A stretch of 64,000 nucleotides of DNA from Vicugna vicugna (lineage: Eukaryota): positions 5,068,793 to 5,132,792 of the forward strand of contig MU058423.1 of the NCBI GenBank assembly GCA_013265495.1. The letters run 5' to 3'. The notes below the pieces were generated by a model, which was not told the DNA's origin, searched no databases, and saw only the letters and a program-made list of their open reading frames with translations. Shown piece after piece: positions 26,110-40,019 of the stretch. The position numbers were made by a program, and so were the translations under genes. The stretch's first letter is position 1. The number at the start of each line of letters is the position of its first letter.

Positions 26110-26745
26110 GTCCACAGCAATATTGTTATCAATAAGAATCAATCCTAACTTACACTGCCTTAAGCAAACAGGAGTCAATATTTCTTACATATGAAACAAA
26201 ATAAGGAAGTAGGTAGCTTGTGACATTAGTTTAAGAGCTAAAATTTGTATCTATGCATGGCGACAGATGTTAACTAGACTTACTGTAGTGATCATTTCAC
26301 AATATATAAAAATGTCAAATGATTATGCTGTACGTCTGAAACTAAAATAATGTCATGTGTCAATTATATCTCAATTTTTTAAAATCTGAAAAAAAAAAAC
26401 CCAGAGTTCAAGAATATTGGTCTCAGAATCTCTGTTTCTCTTTTCCTTTCTGTCATGGTGGCATGAATATTGCAACAACTCTAGGCTTCATGTGTGGGTT
26501 TAAAACAAGAGGGCAGACATGAATGGCACCAGCCGTATTTCTTTCTATTTTAGGAAATGCAAAGTCCTTCTTAAAAGTGTTCAGGACGTTCTGCTTGCAT
26601 TTCACTGATGAGATCTGTGTCACAGGGCCATACCTCATTGTAACACAGGTAGGAAAAATGAGTATGTAAACTTCGCAGTCTAGAAATTGGAAGGGGTGAG
26701 AAAGAATAGTTGGTCTATTTCTTGTTAGCCAATAAACAATATCAT
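26110..26745 (-). mobile_element. Old MaLR LTR (MLT1K/L-like), interrupted by an L1 tail
   Basis: AACTTACACTGCCTTAAGCAAACAGG and TCTGTGTCACAGGGCCATACC...AGGAAAAATGAGTAT. Confidence 0.5.
26255..26399 (+). mobile_element. 5'-truncated L1 3' end with poly-A
   Basis: GACAGATGTTAACTAGACTTACTGTAGTGATCATTTCACAATATATA...TGTCAATTATATCTCAA followed by an A-run. Confidence 0.85.
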
Positions 26746-28739
26746 CGCAAGAATATTACCAATTTTTACCAAAAAACACTTTGATAATATTTGAAAATTT
26801 TTTCCCCTATTGTCAAATTGAAAAAGTATTGCCATCCTTGATCTTTAGTGTATATCAAAGTTATATTGTACTTTGGTATACTAAAAATTAAAGTTTAGAT
26901 GAAAATGAGGGTGATGTCTTAAGCTAAGAGTTAAATAAATAAACTCAGTAGAAATATAAGAAAAATCATTATTCTTATACTAAAGTTAGTCAATATGCTC
27001 ACTAATTTCTAAGTGATGATTAAATCAAGAAATTGCATATCTGGTTTGCTAGCATGAATATATTGTCAAATTGAATCACTGTATTTTGATGTATACAATT
27101 TTGAATTAATCTTTTCGTTATTCACAAATTCCTCAACAAAGTCTTATGTTTCTGTTATTCTTAGACAAATCTCACAACCCTTTCCATGAGAATCTATGTA
27201 ACTATATAAAATCATAGAATTGTATTTAGGGAACCAAAGCACAAAAAAGTTGAGTATCAGAAAGAAGGGTAAGCATTCAAATTAGAAAGACTTCTTCAGT
27301 AAATGAAGTTAAAATGCATATGAGTGCAAAAAGCAAGTCTGAATCATCAGTTTCTGACACATTCAGTAATATAATAATTTTAACTTAATTGTTGACAGTG
27401 TCAACCACATTGATTTTAATGGCAAATTTGATCTATTTTTCCAGAAGCTAGCATTCCATATTTTGAGCACTCCTTTCATTTTTCACATTTATTTATTTAC
27501 CAAGAAAAAAAAAGTTGTATTTATAACAACATAAAAATCATTTTAGAGGTAGTTATAATTTGGTTTATAATATATTATAATCCTCTTCTGTAACTTGACT
27601 CTATTTGCCTCCATATAAAAATATATAATCAAATAAACTTAAACCATGTAATAATAAAGATAAGGCTATGATAATAATAAAGTAACATGCTAAGTTCTAA
27701 ACATATTCCTATTAAATAATTATCATGAAAAATAGTTTACGTCACTGATAAAAAGTCTAAAAATTTTTGGTAAACACTGAAACATCAGGTGGCATTTAGC
27801 TATCAAGCCAATAAAGTATGAGAAATAAAATATACTTTTGAAGTGAAGTATAATCATTGTGCTGTTTTTAAGGAAACTAAAGTCATTAGAAGTATTTATT
27901 AGAATCACAGATATAAAAGAAAAAGCCTATAAGAAGATCTTGTTAAATTTGTCTAACAATGGAATTTTAACCCTATATGCAGTATGCAGTTAACAGATGC
28001 TGGCTTACATTACAATGTTTTTCATGAAAATTTAACAAATTCATGTGAACACCATGATAATTATCATAAAGAGGATTATTTTAAACTTGAGAACATGCTA
28101 TGCTTCACTGGGGACATTTAGGAAACAAAGAAGCAGAGATAATATGACAGGATCCAAAAAAAAGGGCAGCTACATTTTAAAAACTGACAAAAATTAAGCA
28201 CTAAGGAACTTCACTTCAGCACGAGCTGGAGATTGTATTTTTCAACTATTAAATTCAAATATTACACAAACATCTCCAACTTTGTATCTTACAAGCTTTA
28301 TATAGTAATATAATTCAGATTCTTATCTATACTATACCACTGTCTAAAATCAATTATTTTTAAACAGCTTTACTGAAGTATGCTGTAACTGATATACACA
28401 AAATGTCATGTGTTTAAAGTATACATTTTGATGGTTTTATGTATGTATACATCCATGAGACTGTCACCAAAAGCAAGACAGTAACATGTTCAACACCCTC
28501 CCTGTAATTCTTCTCTCTTGTCCCACCCTCTCCTCCTTCTCCAGGCAACCACTTAACTTTGTCATTATAGATGAGTTTGCATTTTCTAGAGTTCTGTATA
28601 ACTAGAATCAGACAATATGTACCCTTTTTTCCACCTGCGACCTGTTTCACTCAGCGTAATTATGATGAGATTTATCTTGTGGTTTATATCGTTAGTTCAT
28701 TCTGGTTTATTGCAAGTAGTATTCGATCGTATGGATATA

Positions 28740-29329
28740 CAGTGAATTCTCATCATTCACGGTAGTTACGTTCCACAAAGTCCCAGCACAGACTTAATTA
28801 GCAAATACTGAGTCACTGTCCCTAGGCAAAAATGCAGGGTTAGGTTTCTACCAGCCTCTGGTCACATTTTCATCAACCAATCAATACATAATCATGTTTA
28901 TGTGTATTCTGTTTAAAGGCATCTTTTAACATATATTTTGATTCATTAGCATTGAATTTATAGCTAATAGCACTATAACTCATGCCTAAAGTAGCTTGTC
29001 TGACATGCCTATTTGAAGCACAGTGACATCACCAGCAATAAGCACAGAAATGCAAAAACAACAACAACAAACAGACAAACATGGCACTGAATACACAGCA
29101 AAAGATTCATTTACAGTATGAGAGCTGAAATAGGGCCTCATTCATCCTCAGCTGGGAAAACAGGCGTGTTGAGCAAGTCAGACTTTTCATGCTCCGTACT
29201 TGCACGTGTCCTCCAGCCATGAAAGTGCCACAAATATTGATGTGGAGTTATAAATAAATTTCAGCCAGGAGCAGCATGCACAAATGCTGAATTTGCAAAT
29301 ATGGACTCGAAAATAATGAGGATGCACTG
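28740..29329 (-). mobile_element. MER82-like non-autonomous Tigger DNA transposon
   Basis: TIRs CAGTGAATTCTCATCATT / AATAATGAGGATGCACTG; inserted at a TA (TA left, TC right) that splits the L1 motif ATGGATATA|CCACAA. Confidence 0.85.
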
Positions 29330-30205
29330 TCCCACAACGTGTTTATCCATTTACCCATTGGTTTGTATTGTTTTACGCATTTTCACTACTACAAATAATG
29401 CGTCCATAAATATTTGCATACAATTGTTGGTATGAACATATGCTTTCTTTCCTCCTAGGTGTATGGCCAAGAGTGGAACAGCCAAATCTTATAGCATGTG
29501 GAGGTAACTTTTAAGAAACTGTCAAACTCTTTTCCAAAGCTGTATCATTTTACATTCTCGCCACCAGGGTCTGAGAGTTTCAGTTGCTCCAGAGCACTGC
29601 CAACATTTGGTACAATCATTTTATCCATCCCTGTAGGTGTGTGAGGTTGTATATCATTGAGATTTTCATTTGCATTTTCGTAACAATTAATGATGCTGCA
29701 CATCTGTTCAGGTGCTTTTTGCTACCTTATTTAAGGTAGCAAAATCTTCTTTGTTGAAGTGTTTTTTTCAAATTCTCAGTCCATTTTGAAATTTAAAATT
29801 GTTTTCTTACTGAGTTTTGGTAGTTTGTTTATATATTCTGGATACAAAAAATATGCTTAGTAAGTATTTTCTCTCAGTCTCTGGTTTGCCTTTTTATTTA
29901 TTTCTTAAAAACACAGTTTTGCATTTTTATTGAGTCCATTTCACCAATATTTTTCTACAGTGAAATAATCTTTTGGTGTTGTATCTTAATGTAAGCCAAG
30001 GTGAAAAAAATGTACTCTTCTACTTTATTTTAGAATTTTTGTAGTATTAGGTTTGACATTTACATCTATGATCCATTTAGGATTAACTGTAAAGTACAAA
30101 TTGAAGTCTTTTTTTTTGGACAGATTTCCAACTGCTCCCACTCCAGTTACCTTTTCCTACTGAATTGCCTTTACAGCATTTTCAGAAATAAGTTGTTCAT
30201 ATATA

Positions 30206-32612
30206 CAGACATACCTTGTTTTATTGTACTTGGCAGATACTTCTTTTTCTTCTTCTTTTTTTTAACAAACTGAAGATTTGTGGCAGTGCTATATTGAGCA
30301 AGTCTATTGGCACCATTTTTCCAACAGCATTTTCGCACTTCATGTTTCTATGTCACATTTTGGTAATCCTTGCAATATTTCAGACTTTTTCGTCATTATT
30401 GTATTTGTTATGGTGATATATGATCAGTGATCTTCAATGTTACTCTTTTAATCATTTTGGAGTGGCACAAACTACTACCATATAAGATAGCAAAGTAAAT
30501 CAACAAATACTGTGTGTGTTATAACTGCTTCATTGACCAACTCTTCCCCTGTCTCTCACCCTCTCCTCTGGCCTTCCTGTTCCCTGAGACAAAACAATAT
30601 TAAAATTAGGCCAATTAATAACCCTACCATGGCCTCTAAGTGTTCAAGGGAAAGGAAGAGTAGCATGTCTCCCACGTTAAATCAAAAGCTAGAAATTATT
30701 AAGCTTAATGAGGAAGGCATGTTGAAAGTCAGGACAGGCTGAAAGCTAGCCCTCTTCTGCCAAAGGCTTAATCAAATCGTGAATGCAAAGGAAATGTTCT
30801 TGAAGGAAACTAACAGTGCTACTCCAATGAACACACAAATGATAAGAATGAAGCAGCCTTTTTGCTGATATGGGGAAAGTCTTAGTGGTCAGAATAGAAC
30901 ATCAAACCAGCTACAACATTCCCGTAAGCCAAAGACTAATTCAGAGAAAGGCCCTAACTTTTTTCAACTCCATGAAGGCTGAGAGATGTGAGGAAGCTGC
31001 AGAAGAAAAGTCTGTAATTAGCAGAGGTTGGTTCATGAGATTTAAGGAAAGAAGCCATTTCCATAGCGTAAAAGTGCAAGGTGAGGCAGCAAGTGCTGAT
31101 GTAGAAACTGCAACAAGTTATTCAGAAGATCTAGCTAAGATTAAAAAAAGAAGGTAGTGTCACTAAACAACAGATTTTCAATGTAAACAAAACAAGAAGA
31201 CGCCCCTGGACTTTCATAGCTAGAGAGGAGAAGTCAGCGCCTGCTTTCAAAGCTTCAAAAGATAGGCTGACTCTCTTGCGAGGGCCTAAGGCAGCTGATG
31301 ACTAAATTGAAAGCAATGTTCAGTTACCATTCTGAAAATCCTAGGGCTATTAAGAATGATGCTAAGTTGACTCTGCCTGTGCTCTATAAATGGAACCACA
31401 AAGCCTGGATGATAACACATCTGTTTACAATGTGGTTTACTGGATATTTTAAGCCCATCGTTGAGACCTACTGTTCAAAAAAAAAAAAAAAGTTTCCTTT
31501 CAAAATATTACTGCTCATTGACAATGCACCTGGTCACCCAAGAACTCTGATGGAGATATACACACAATGAGCTTAATGTTATAATGCCTACTAATACAAC
31601 ATCCACTCTGCAGCCCATGGATCAAGGAATAATTTTGAGTTTTAAGTCCTATAATTTGAGAATTACATTTTGTAAGGCTATAGCTGCCTTAGAGAGTGAT
31701 TCCTCTGATGGACTGGGCAAAGTAAATTGAAGACCTTCTGGAAAGGACTCATCATTCTAGATGCTAATGAAAATGTTCATGATTCACGGGAAGAGATCAA
31801 AATATTAACCTAAACATGAGTTTGGAAGAAGTCGATTCCAACCCTCAAGGATGACTTTGGGTCAATCCCTCCATGATTTCAGTGGAGGAAATCCCTGCAG
31901 ATACAATGCATATTAGCAAGAGAACTGGTCTTAGAAGTGGAGCTTGAAGATGTGACTGAATTGCTGCAATCTCGTGATAAAACTTGAATGGATGAGTTGC
32001 TTTTTATGGAGGAGCAAAGAAAGTTGTTTCTTCAGAAGGAAACTACTCCTGGTGAAGATGCTATGAAGATTGTTGAAATGACACCAAAGGATTTAAAATA
32101 TTACACAAACATAGTTGATAAAGCAGCAGCAGGGTTGAGAGGATCGCCTCCAATTTTGAGATAAGTTTTGTCATGGGTACAATGCTATCAAACAGCACTG
32201 CATACTACCAAGTAATCATTCATGAAAGGAAGAGTCAATCCATGTGGCAGATTTCATTGTTGTTCTATTTTAAGAAATTGCTACAATCACCACAAACTTC
32301 AGCAATTTCCACCCTGATCAGTCAGCAGCCATCAATATTGAGGCAAGACCTTCCACCAGCATAGATTATGACTCACTAAAGGCTTGAATGATGGTTAACA
32401 TTTTTTTAGTGATAAAGTATTTTAAAATTAAGTTACACATATTGCTTTTTAAAAATAATACTGTTGCATACTTAACAGACTACAGTACAGTGGAAACATA
32501 ACTTTTATATGCACTGGGAAACAAAAAAACTTTGTATGACTCCCTTTATTGCAATCTTTGCTTTATTGGAGTGGTCTGAAATCAAACCCATAATATCTCT
32601 GAGGTACGCCTT
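30206..32612 (+). mobile_element. Tigger1 DNA transposon, essentially full length (2407 bp)
   Basis: Termini CAGACATACCTTG / GAGGTACGCCTT, TA on both sides (30204-30205, 32613-32614), internal transposase remnants. Confidence 0.95.
30629..31990 (+). pseudogene. Tigger1 (pogo family) transposase, disrupted by stops and frameshifts
   Basis: MASKCSRERKS...LNQKLEIIKLNEEGM (N-terminal HTH), [14 protein letters not shown] (CENP-B-type HTH) and [13 protein letters not shown] (catalytic domain motif), spread over separate ORFs. Confidence 0.92.
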
Positions 32613-34290
32613 TAATATGGATCTATTTCTAGAATCTCTATTCTGACTACATTTAAGCCAAAGACCACATCTTCTTTATTATTGTTGTTTTATTCTAACC
32701 CTCCGTTTTTTTCAAAGTTATTTCAGCTATTCAGGATCCTTAGCACTTCCATATGAATTTTAAAACAAAAGTGTAGATTTGTACAAAAAATTCTGCTGTG
32801 ATTTTTATTAGGATTCTGTTGAATCTGTTGATAAATTTGGGGAAAATTTATATCATAATACTGAGTGCTCTGAACCAGAAACACAGTAAAATCTCACTAT
32901 TTACTTGGGTCTTCTTTAAATTATGTCTGCAATGTTTTATAGTTTTAAATGTGTAAGACTTTCATGTGTTTTGTTAGATTTATCCCAAAGTAATCATATT
33001 GGTATTCTATTGAAAATACTACTTTTAAATTAAATTTCTGGCTGCCCATTGCTACAATAAAGATGTTCTATCTTGAAACTTTGCTAAACTCACTTTCTAG
33101 TAGCTTTCCTTGAATATAGGTAATAAGCCTTATACAAATAAAATTTTACTGTTTCTTTTTAAATTTGCACGTCACTTATTTTATGCCTTATTTCACTGGT
33201 TAGAAAGTTCAGTACAATGTTGAATAGGGATGCTGAGAACAGATATACTTATCTCATTCCTAATTTTAGAGGAAAAGTTATTTCATTCTTACAACATTAA
33301 GCAGGATATTAGTTTAACATAGGTGTCTGTTATCAGATAGAAGAAGTTCTCTTTTATTCTTAGCTTGCCAGGAGTTTTTTAAATTTCTTTTTTTAGTTTA
33401 AATAGGAGTGGATCTTGGATAAGTCCCACCTGGTCATAATGTTTTATCTTATTTCTATTTTGTTAGATTGAATTAGTTAAGAGTTTCCCTTAGAAGTTTT
33501 GCATCTATGTTTATGATGGCTATTATTTGTAGTTCTGTTTTACTTGTAGTACTTTATATAGTTTGATATCAGAGTGATGATGATCCCACGAAATGAGTAG
33601 GGAGTATGCTGGCTCTTGAATTACCTGGAATATCTGTTTTATTTTCTTTCAACTCTTTGGTAAACTTGATTGGTAAACCACGAGGGCCTTAAATTTTCTC
33701 TACGGGAAGATTTTCAACTCAGTTACTTAATGGACACTGAGCTACACAGTCGATCTATTTCCTCCTGAGTAAGTTTTGTAGTCAGTGTCTGTCCGACAAT
33801 TTGTCCACTTTAACTGAGTTAATGAATATGTTGTCCTACAATTGTTCATAGTATTCCCTTACTATCCTTTTAATATCTGTAGACCCTATTATGATGACAA
33901 ACTGTTATTCTTGATTCGGATAATTTTTGTCCTTTTTTTTTATCAGTCTGGCTAAATTTTTATCAGTTTTATTACTCTGAGAAACAGCTTCTGTTTCTAT
34001 GTATTTTCATTATTTTTTTTTCTCTTTTCTGTTCATTTGAGTTTTGTTCCACCTGACATTTATCATTTATGTTGAGACACGATGCAACGCAAGTAGCTTT
34101 GTGTTGCTTACTTTAGAATGAATTTATTTTGTTTTTTTAAAGGTGGAAGCTGAGGCCATTGATTTGTGACCTTGCTTCCTTTCTAAGACAATTAGCGCTG
34201 TAAATTTCTCTCTGAGTAATAGTTTATATTGTTATTATCATTCAGTACAAAATATTTCCCAATTTCCTATTGATTTCTTCTTTGACCTAT

Positions 34291-35265
34291 AGAGAATAAA
34301 AAAATAAGCCATAGACTGGAAGAAAACAATTTAAAATCACGTATCTGATAAGGGACTTATATCCAGATCATATAAGGAACTTTTAAAACACTTTTAATAT
34401 GAAAACAAACAACCCAGTAAAGAGATGGGCAGGAAATCTGAACCGACATTTCATCTAAGAAGACACAGAGATGACAAATAATTACACGAAGAGATCTGAG
34501 AATCCTTTATAACTACTGAGAAGTACAAAATAAAACATAATGAGATATCATTACACACCTATAATAATAGAGAGAAATTCAGAAATTTACCAAGCCAAGT
34601 GTTGGCAAGTATGTGGAGAAACTGGAGCTCTCAGACACTGCTACTGGGAATGCAAAATGCAATCCTGGATGACGGTTTGGCAGTTTCTCAAAAAGTTAAT
34701 CATAAGATCACCAAATGACTCAGCTATTCTCCTGCTAGCCATTTAATCAAAAGGAATGAAAGCATATGTCCATGCAGAGACTTATATAAGAGCACTTATT
34801 CAGAGCATATTTATTTACAGTAGCCAATACTCAAAACAATCCAAATGCCCATCAACAGTTGAATATATAAATAAATATGGAATATCCATTAATGGAATAT
34901 TACCAAGCAATAAAATAAAAAACTATTAAAAAAATGAATAAATCTCAAAATAATTATGCTGAGTGAAAGAAGACATAAAGAGTACCTTTTTACAACTGTA
35001 TTTATTTCAATCTAGAAAATACAAACTAAGCTATAGTAAGAGAAAGCAGGTAAGTGGTTGCCTGAGGAGGGGAGGAGGGACTTGAGAGAGGAATTACTAA
35101 GGAACATGAGGAAAATTTTAGGGGTAATGGATATGTTCCCTCTCTTGATTGTGAAAACAGTTTCAAGGATGTACATACATATTCAAACATATCAAATTTG
35201 TATATTTTAAAATTATGAGTTTATTATATGTCAACCATACTATAATAAAACTGTTAAAAGCAAAA
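34291..35265 (+). mobile_element. L1MC/L1MD-class 3' fragment (ORF2 end plus 3' UTR)
   Basis: GTATCTGATAAGGGACTTATATCCAG; ORF 34540 (MRYHYTP...KCWQVCGETGAL..C.WECK, L1 C-terminal Cys-rich region); terminal AATAAAACTGTTAAAA. Confidence 0.88.
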
Positions 35266-35859
35266 TGAAACCAAAAAGAATACAGGGCTTAAAGTTTCCA
35301 CTTTCATAAATATAGCAACCCCAAAAAATAAGCTTTTAGGCTTTTAAAAATATGTAAAAACATGGTGACACCATCACAGACATGAAGAGTCAGATGCGGT
35401 AAACTCAACTTCCAATTTAGTGAATCAGTTACAAATATTATATGCTTTCATTATTAGTCATTCGATTATTGTTTCTATTTTATTTTGTCAAGTAGTTTAT
35501 TATTAGTGATATATTTTTCTTAATTATTTGTCCTTCCACATTTTATGCAGTGATAATATTTTCCCGTATTGTTCAATGTTTTCTATAGATCTCTACACTT
35601 TACTTGGCCAGTATTTCATGTACATGGAGAATGACAGGGGCAATGATATTTTGATCCCCCCTTCCCCCCATGTATTTGCTCCTCAGTGTTTCATCCCTTT
35701 CCTCTTCTCCTGCTCTCTCCATAGACACACAAACAAAATAAGGGTGGAGAGACTTTTAATCAGATTTGTCAGATCCCAGGGTGTGCTTGTAGTATTTTGT
35801 TTTACTGTTGGGTGTGGCTACTGATTCTTTATGATCAAAGCTCACATACATTGTGGTCT

Positions 35860-36000
35860 AGTTATGTTCCTGGCTCCACTGAGTAGACAGTAAACTCTAC
35901 AGTGACAAGAACGTAATTACTCATCTTTGTAACTCTTTTGCTTAGCATAGAACTGGCACATAGTAGGCAATGTAAATACTCATTAAATGAATGAGTGAAA
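35860..36000 (+). mobile_element. L2 3' terminus
   Basis: TAGACAGTAAACTC...CTGGCACATAGTAGGCAATG...AAATGAATGAGTGAA. Confidence 0.75.
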
Positions 36001-36254
36001 AGAATTTTAGCATTCAGTATTGGAGAGATTATGCCAGAACTGATATTTCCACGTTGCTACTGCCACACTAAGAGAAATGCAATCATAGAATAAGCATTAT
36101 TATGTCAAGGAAATCAACAATGGTAAGGTGTTCAAACTCACCTGAATTTTAATTGCTGTATAAGGATTTTTGCAGAAACAAACTCTTTACTGTTTAATAA
36201 GCCCTCCAAGTGAGTACACTGCAGGAAATTTTATAGACATTGTTATTGATCTGT

Positions 36255-36370
36255 GCACTGGTTCTACAAGGTAGGTATTATTTATACCTTAGCCTTGAAG
36301 AAAATGAACCTCAGAGAGGTAGAATGAGTAGACCAAATATAGATACTTTGAGTATGTGCTCTTTCCACTT
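36255..36370 (-). mobile_element. MIR fragment
   Basis: AAGGTAGGTATTATT...GAAAATGAACCTCAGAGAGGT. Confidence 0.55.
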
Positions 36371-39109
36371 ATTTCACACTTAAACTAAAATACAAAAATG
36401 ACAAAGCTACTATCATGTATATTTATTAAGAGATCAGGTAATTTGGAGCCTGAGGTATTTTTCAGTGTCACATCCTTTGGACAAAGTAATTTTTTATATA
36501 ATTATACCTTGGTTGCATCCTAGCATTTGGAGGAGCAAACCATTGCCCTCTCTGCAATGTACCTTCTTCACTAGTCCACTCTGCCATCAGGTATTTGTTC
36601 CCACTTTTTAGAACTTAAATTCCATACCTCAAAGGAAGAGACTGGTGGTGTACATTCAATGGGAAAACATCCTTGTGCAAGTACAATACTTCCCAAGTAC
36701 TATACGGCGGCTTGAGTAGGTATTCCTAGCTCTCTGGCTGATGCATCTTGCCAAATATCTACTAATCCTGGCTCTTTCTCTTCTTGAAGCATCTCAGCAT
36801 TGACAACTGCAGGCCCATATCCAGAGCATTTTCTCCTGAGAATTAACTGGTATGACAATATGTTTCAATATTAAACTAAAATAAATGAGCATCATATTCC
36901 TCTCAAGTAATCATGCTAGACTCAAAGGTAAGAGTACTGCCTCTTTCTTTAAAAGTGTGTATCGAATATATAGTTTTATAAAAATACATTTTTCGGCTGA
37001 ACAGTTTTATGCATATTATAGATGTACAGGGGTGAAATTTCAGATGGTGAATTACATTAATGTGACTCAGAAATGCAAATAATAGATGTCAATAAGAGCA
37101 ATTTATTTTCATCAAACGTATCTTGAATTTAAATTTTACTAGAATAGAATTATTATTCAGTTAAATATCCATATAATTTGACTTGAAGTCAAAGTAAAAG
37201 CACACTGCTGACTTATGTGTATGTGTTTTATATAAATAGGAGCTTTATCCCAGAGTGTAGTAGCTAAAGATATAGAGTAAATTGAATTGATTTGTAGTTG
37301 AGTTTTCAGATACGCTTCTCCTGTTTCAATGCTGTGACCAAATAGGGGACATATTACAGGAGTGAAGAGCTAGGCTGTTAAAGAAGATGAGCTGGATTTG
37401 TAGCCATCTGAGAGTCCACCTTAACGCTATGTGCTTTCTTGCATTTAATCAGAATTTGGGGCTCCACAATATAAGTCTCGGGTTTCTTAGGAACTGGTCT
37501 ATAATAAATGTTTTATTTTATTAATACTAAGAATTGTGGCCATGCACCAAACTGAACAAACAACTGTTATGTAATTTCCAATACCATGCTCTATATTTAT
37601 GTGCCATAAAAGCCAACGATAGACTTATTTAGAATTTTGAACTATAAAGCTTAACTACTGACTCAAATACAGCTAAGAGACAGGAATTGTCTAAATGAGT
37701 AAAATAATTTTATAGAAGCATTTGCTTTAGTTTTTCTTATCTTTACAAACTCTTGTCTATATTCCAAGCATCATTTTTAAATGCACATATTCTAATGTAT
37801 ACCACAGTCTCTTCATGCCCAATCTTGGGAACAAATGAATGCTTCTATTACAGTGAGATATAACGGGTCATTTCAATTAGCTTTTGTAAAATGGGAAGAC
37901 CAAGTTCCAATAATGCTATTGTTTTTTTAAGTCATATCACAAAGCCTTTTTTTCTTTAGAAACTCATAGCAGTTTGGCTCTGATAATCCCTTATTTAGTA
38001 ATCAAGGTCGACTAATATAAAACTAAACCTAAATAAGTTAAGGGATCCTGAAAATTTGTGATTTTAATAAAAAACTGTAACAGATAAAGTTTAGGCAACA
38101 CTCAGTGGCTAGCCCTTTATCCAGACAGAACAATGTTTGTGGATTTCTCTTGAGACTGAGTTTATATTGCATTGACCAAACTCTCCAATTAATGTTAGGC
38201 TTTGCTAGGGCTAAAAATGAAAATTACCTAGAATTTACCATTCTTTTCCTTTTCACAAATTCCTGTGCCTTTTCAGTTATAATTGCTGCTAATTAAGAAA
38301 ACTTATGGTACACTTATATGCATGAGAGTGATTTTAAAGGAATTTTAAGTTAACAAAAGTGAATATAAGTAGCTAAAATAATGGTTTTGAAGTTGGAAAA
38401 ATTAAAAATGTAATACTGCTATGACATTCATAGTAATTTATTTTTTCTCTTTTTTTTCTGGTCAGCATAAATGCTTAAATAAAAAGATAAACTTCAGTGC
38501 TTTTTTATTTTTCGCATTCTATTTTTTATTAAAAACCATCTACAAAATTATAGTTCCTATGCAAAAATATTCTCTAAAAGGTAATCAATGCCCAATTTAT
38601 TAATAGTTTTAAGGGATATGAAAATATTTGTACATTTATTTTCAGCTATAGAGAGGAAAAGTCATGCCAAAATCCAGAAAATTGTTCATACATTCTTCAT
38701 CTGTATTTTCTAGCTAACATGTTTAGGGTATTATAAAAGGAATTACATAAAGTGGAGGAAGTAATAAGAAAATAAGTGGTGATGATATGCTTTGGAAGAA
38801 AAAGGTGATCTAGAGATAATTTTTTTTTGTGCTAGTCGTATCTAACTCCTGTTCTTAATTCCCCAACAAATTTACTAATCTCTGCCAATAGCATGCTACA
38901 TCAGAAGTCTAAAAGAAATAAAACTAGTTCATGTCATGGCCATTTTTCTTAAACATTTTATTCTTTATAACTGGAGTGTCTCCTGAGAATGTCAAGCTGA
39001 ATTTACTCGGGAGCATTTCTTAAGAGAGATTATTGAGGTCAATACAGAGATTGCAAACACTGTGATGCTAGTCTAAATATCTCAAAGTCAAGATGAGGAG
39101 ATAAAGTGT

Positions 39110-39200
39110 ATCTCCCCTCTAGACCATGAGATCCTTGAGGACAACAAATGTGTCTCGATCCCCTTGAGCCCTCTGCTTCTATCAGGGTACCCAGAAGGTT
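39110..39200 (+). mobile_element. L2 3' fragment
   Basis: CCCCTCTAGACCATGAGATCCTTGAGGACA. Confidence 0.5.
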
Positions 39201-40019
39201 CCAGGGGCTGTTTGCTATATTGACTTCAAACCGTGGCTTGAGAGATGAAGCAGTCGTGCAAAGACTGAATGACAAGATGATCTCAGTGTAAAGGCTTGAG
39301 GTAGGGCTAATAAAACCAAGAAGCTGGAATGACATTGTGGCAAGGTATGAATGCATTAAATTCTTCACTTAGAATTCAGGCAGCAGCAACTTGCTACTAG
39401 GCAATGATGGGATGTTTCAGTGAAGAGCTACTGATTGTGCTTTTGCCTGTGCTGTGATTACAATAAGAACATGACTTCTTTGTATTTTGCTCACCATACA
39501 GCCGCAGTGAAATGTCACAGTCAAGTTAGGCTTTGTAGTTGATCTGATTTCACAGCACAGCGTATTTTCCGCTCCGTTCCCACTGCATCTCTCTCTCTTA
39601 AAGAGGCTAGCTACCAGCTGGTTCTCCTTCTCCCTAGCCCCTTTTCCATCTTGGGGTCTGCAGCAGAGTATGTGTGTGAGCACCGGGAAGAAAAGGGGGT
39701 AGAGGTCCTGTGAAATTATTTAATTTTGCTATGATTTGGTTTAAGCAGAATTCCCTGTTATCAGGGAAGTGGATGTGATGCTGGCAATAGAGACACCGAA
39801 AGACAGACAGATAGTAAGCAGGACAGGCAGCCGCTGAGAGTGACCAGCCTAAATAGAAAAAACCAAGAGGGTTGGGTAAGGGAGAAAGAAAAATAAAGAG
39901 AAGGAAAATTTGGGTGAGAAACTGAGTAAGAAATGCAGAGAGAGACATCTTTGGGGACACTTACACCGTAAGGCATCTCAACTCTGAAATTGTTTTAGGG
40001 TGAGGAAGCCTGGAAAGAT

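Larger units (their letters stand above)
28355..34290 (-). mobile_element. L1MC/L1MD-class LINE (3' UTR plus ORF2 part), interrupted by MER82 and Tigger1
   Basis: Antisense 3' end TTTTAAACAGCTTTACTGAAGTA; continues colinearly across both insertions with ORF2 motifs such as TTCCATATGAATTTT and CAGTACAATGTTGAATAGG. Confidence 0.85.

Noticed and set aside
30629..31990. Domesticated TIGD1-like gene
   Set aside because: Multiple stops and frameshifts, and the transposon termini are still present.
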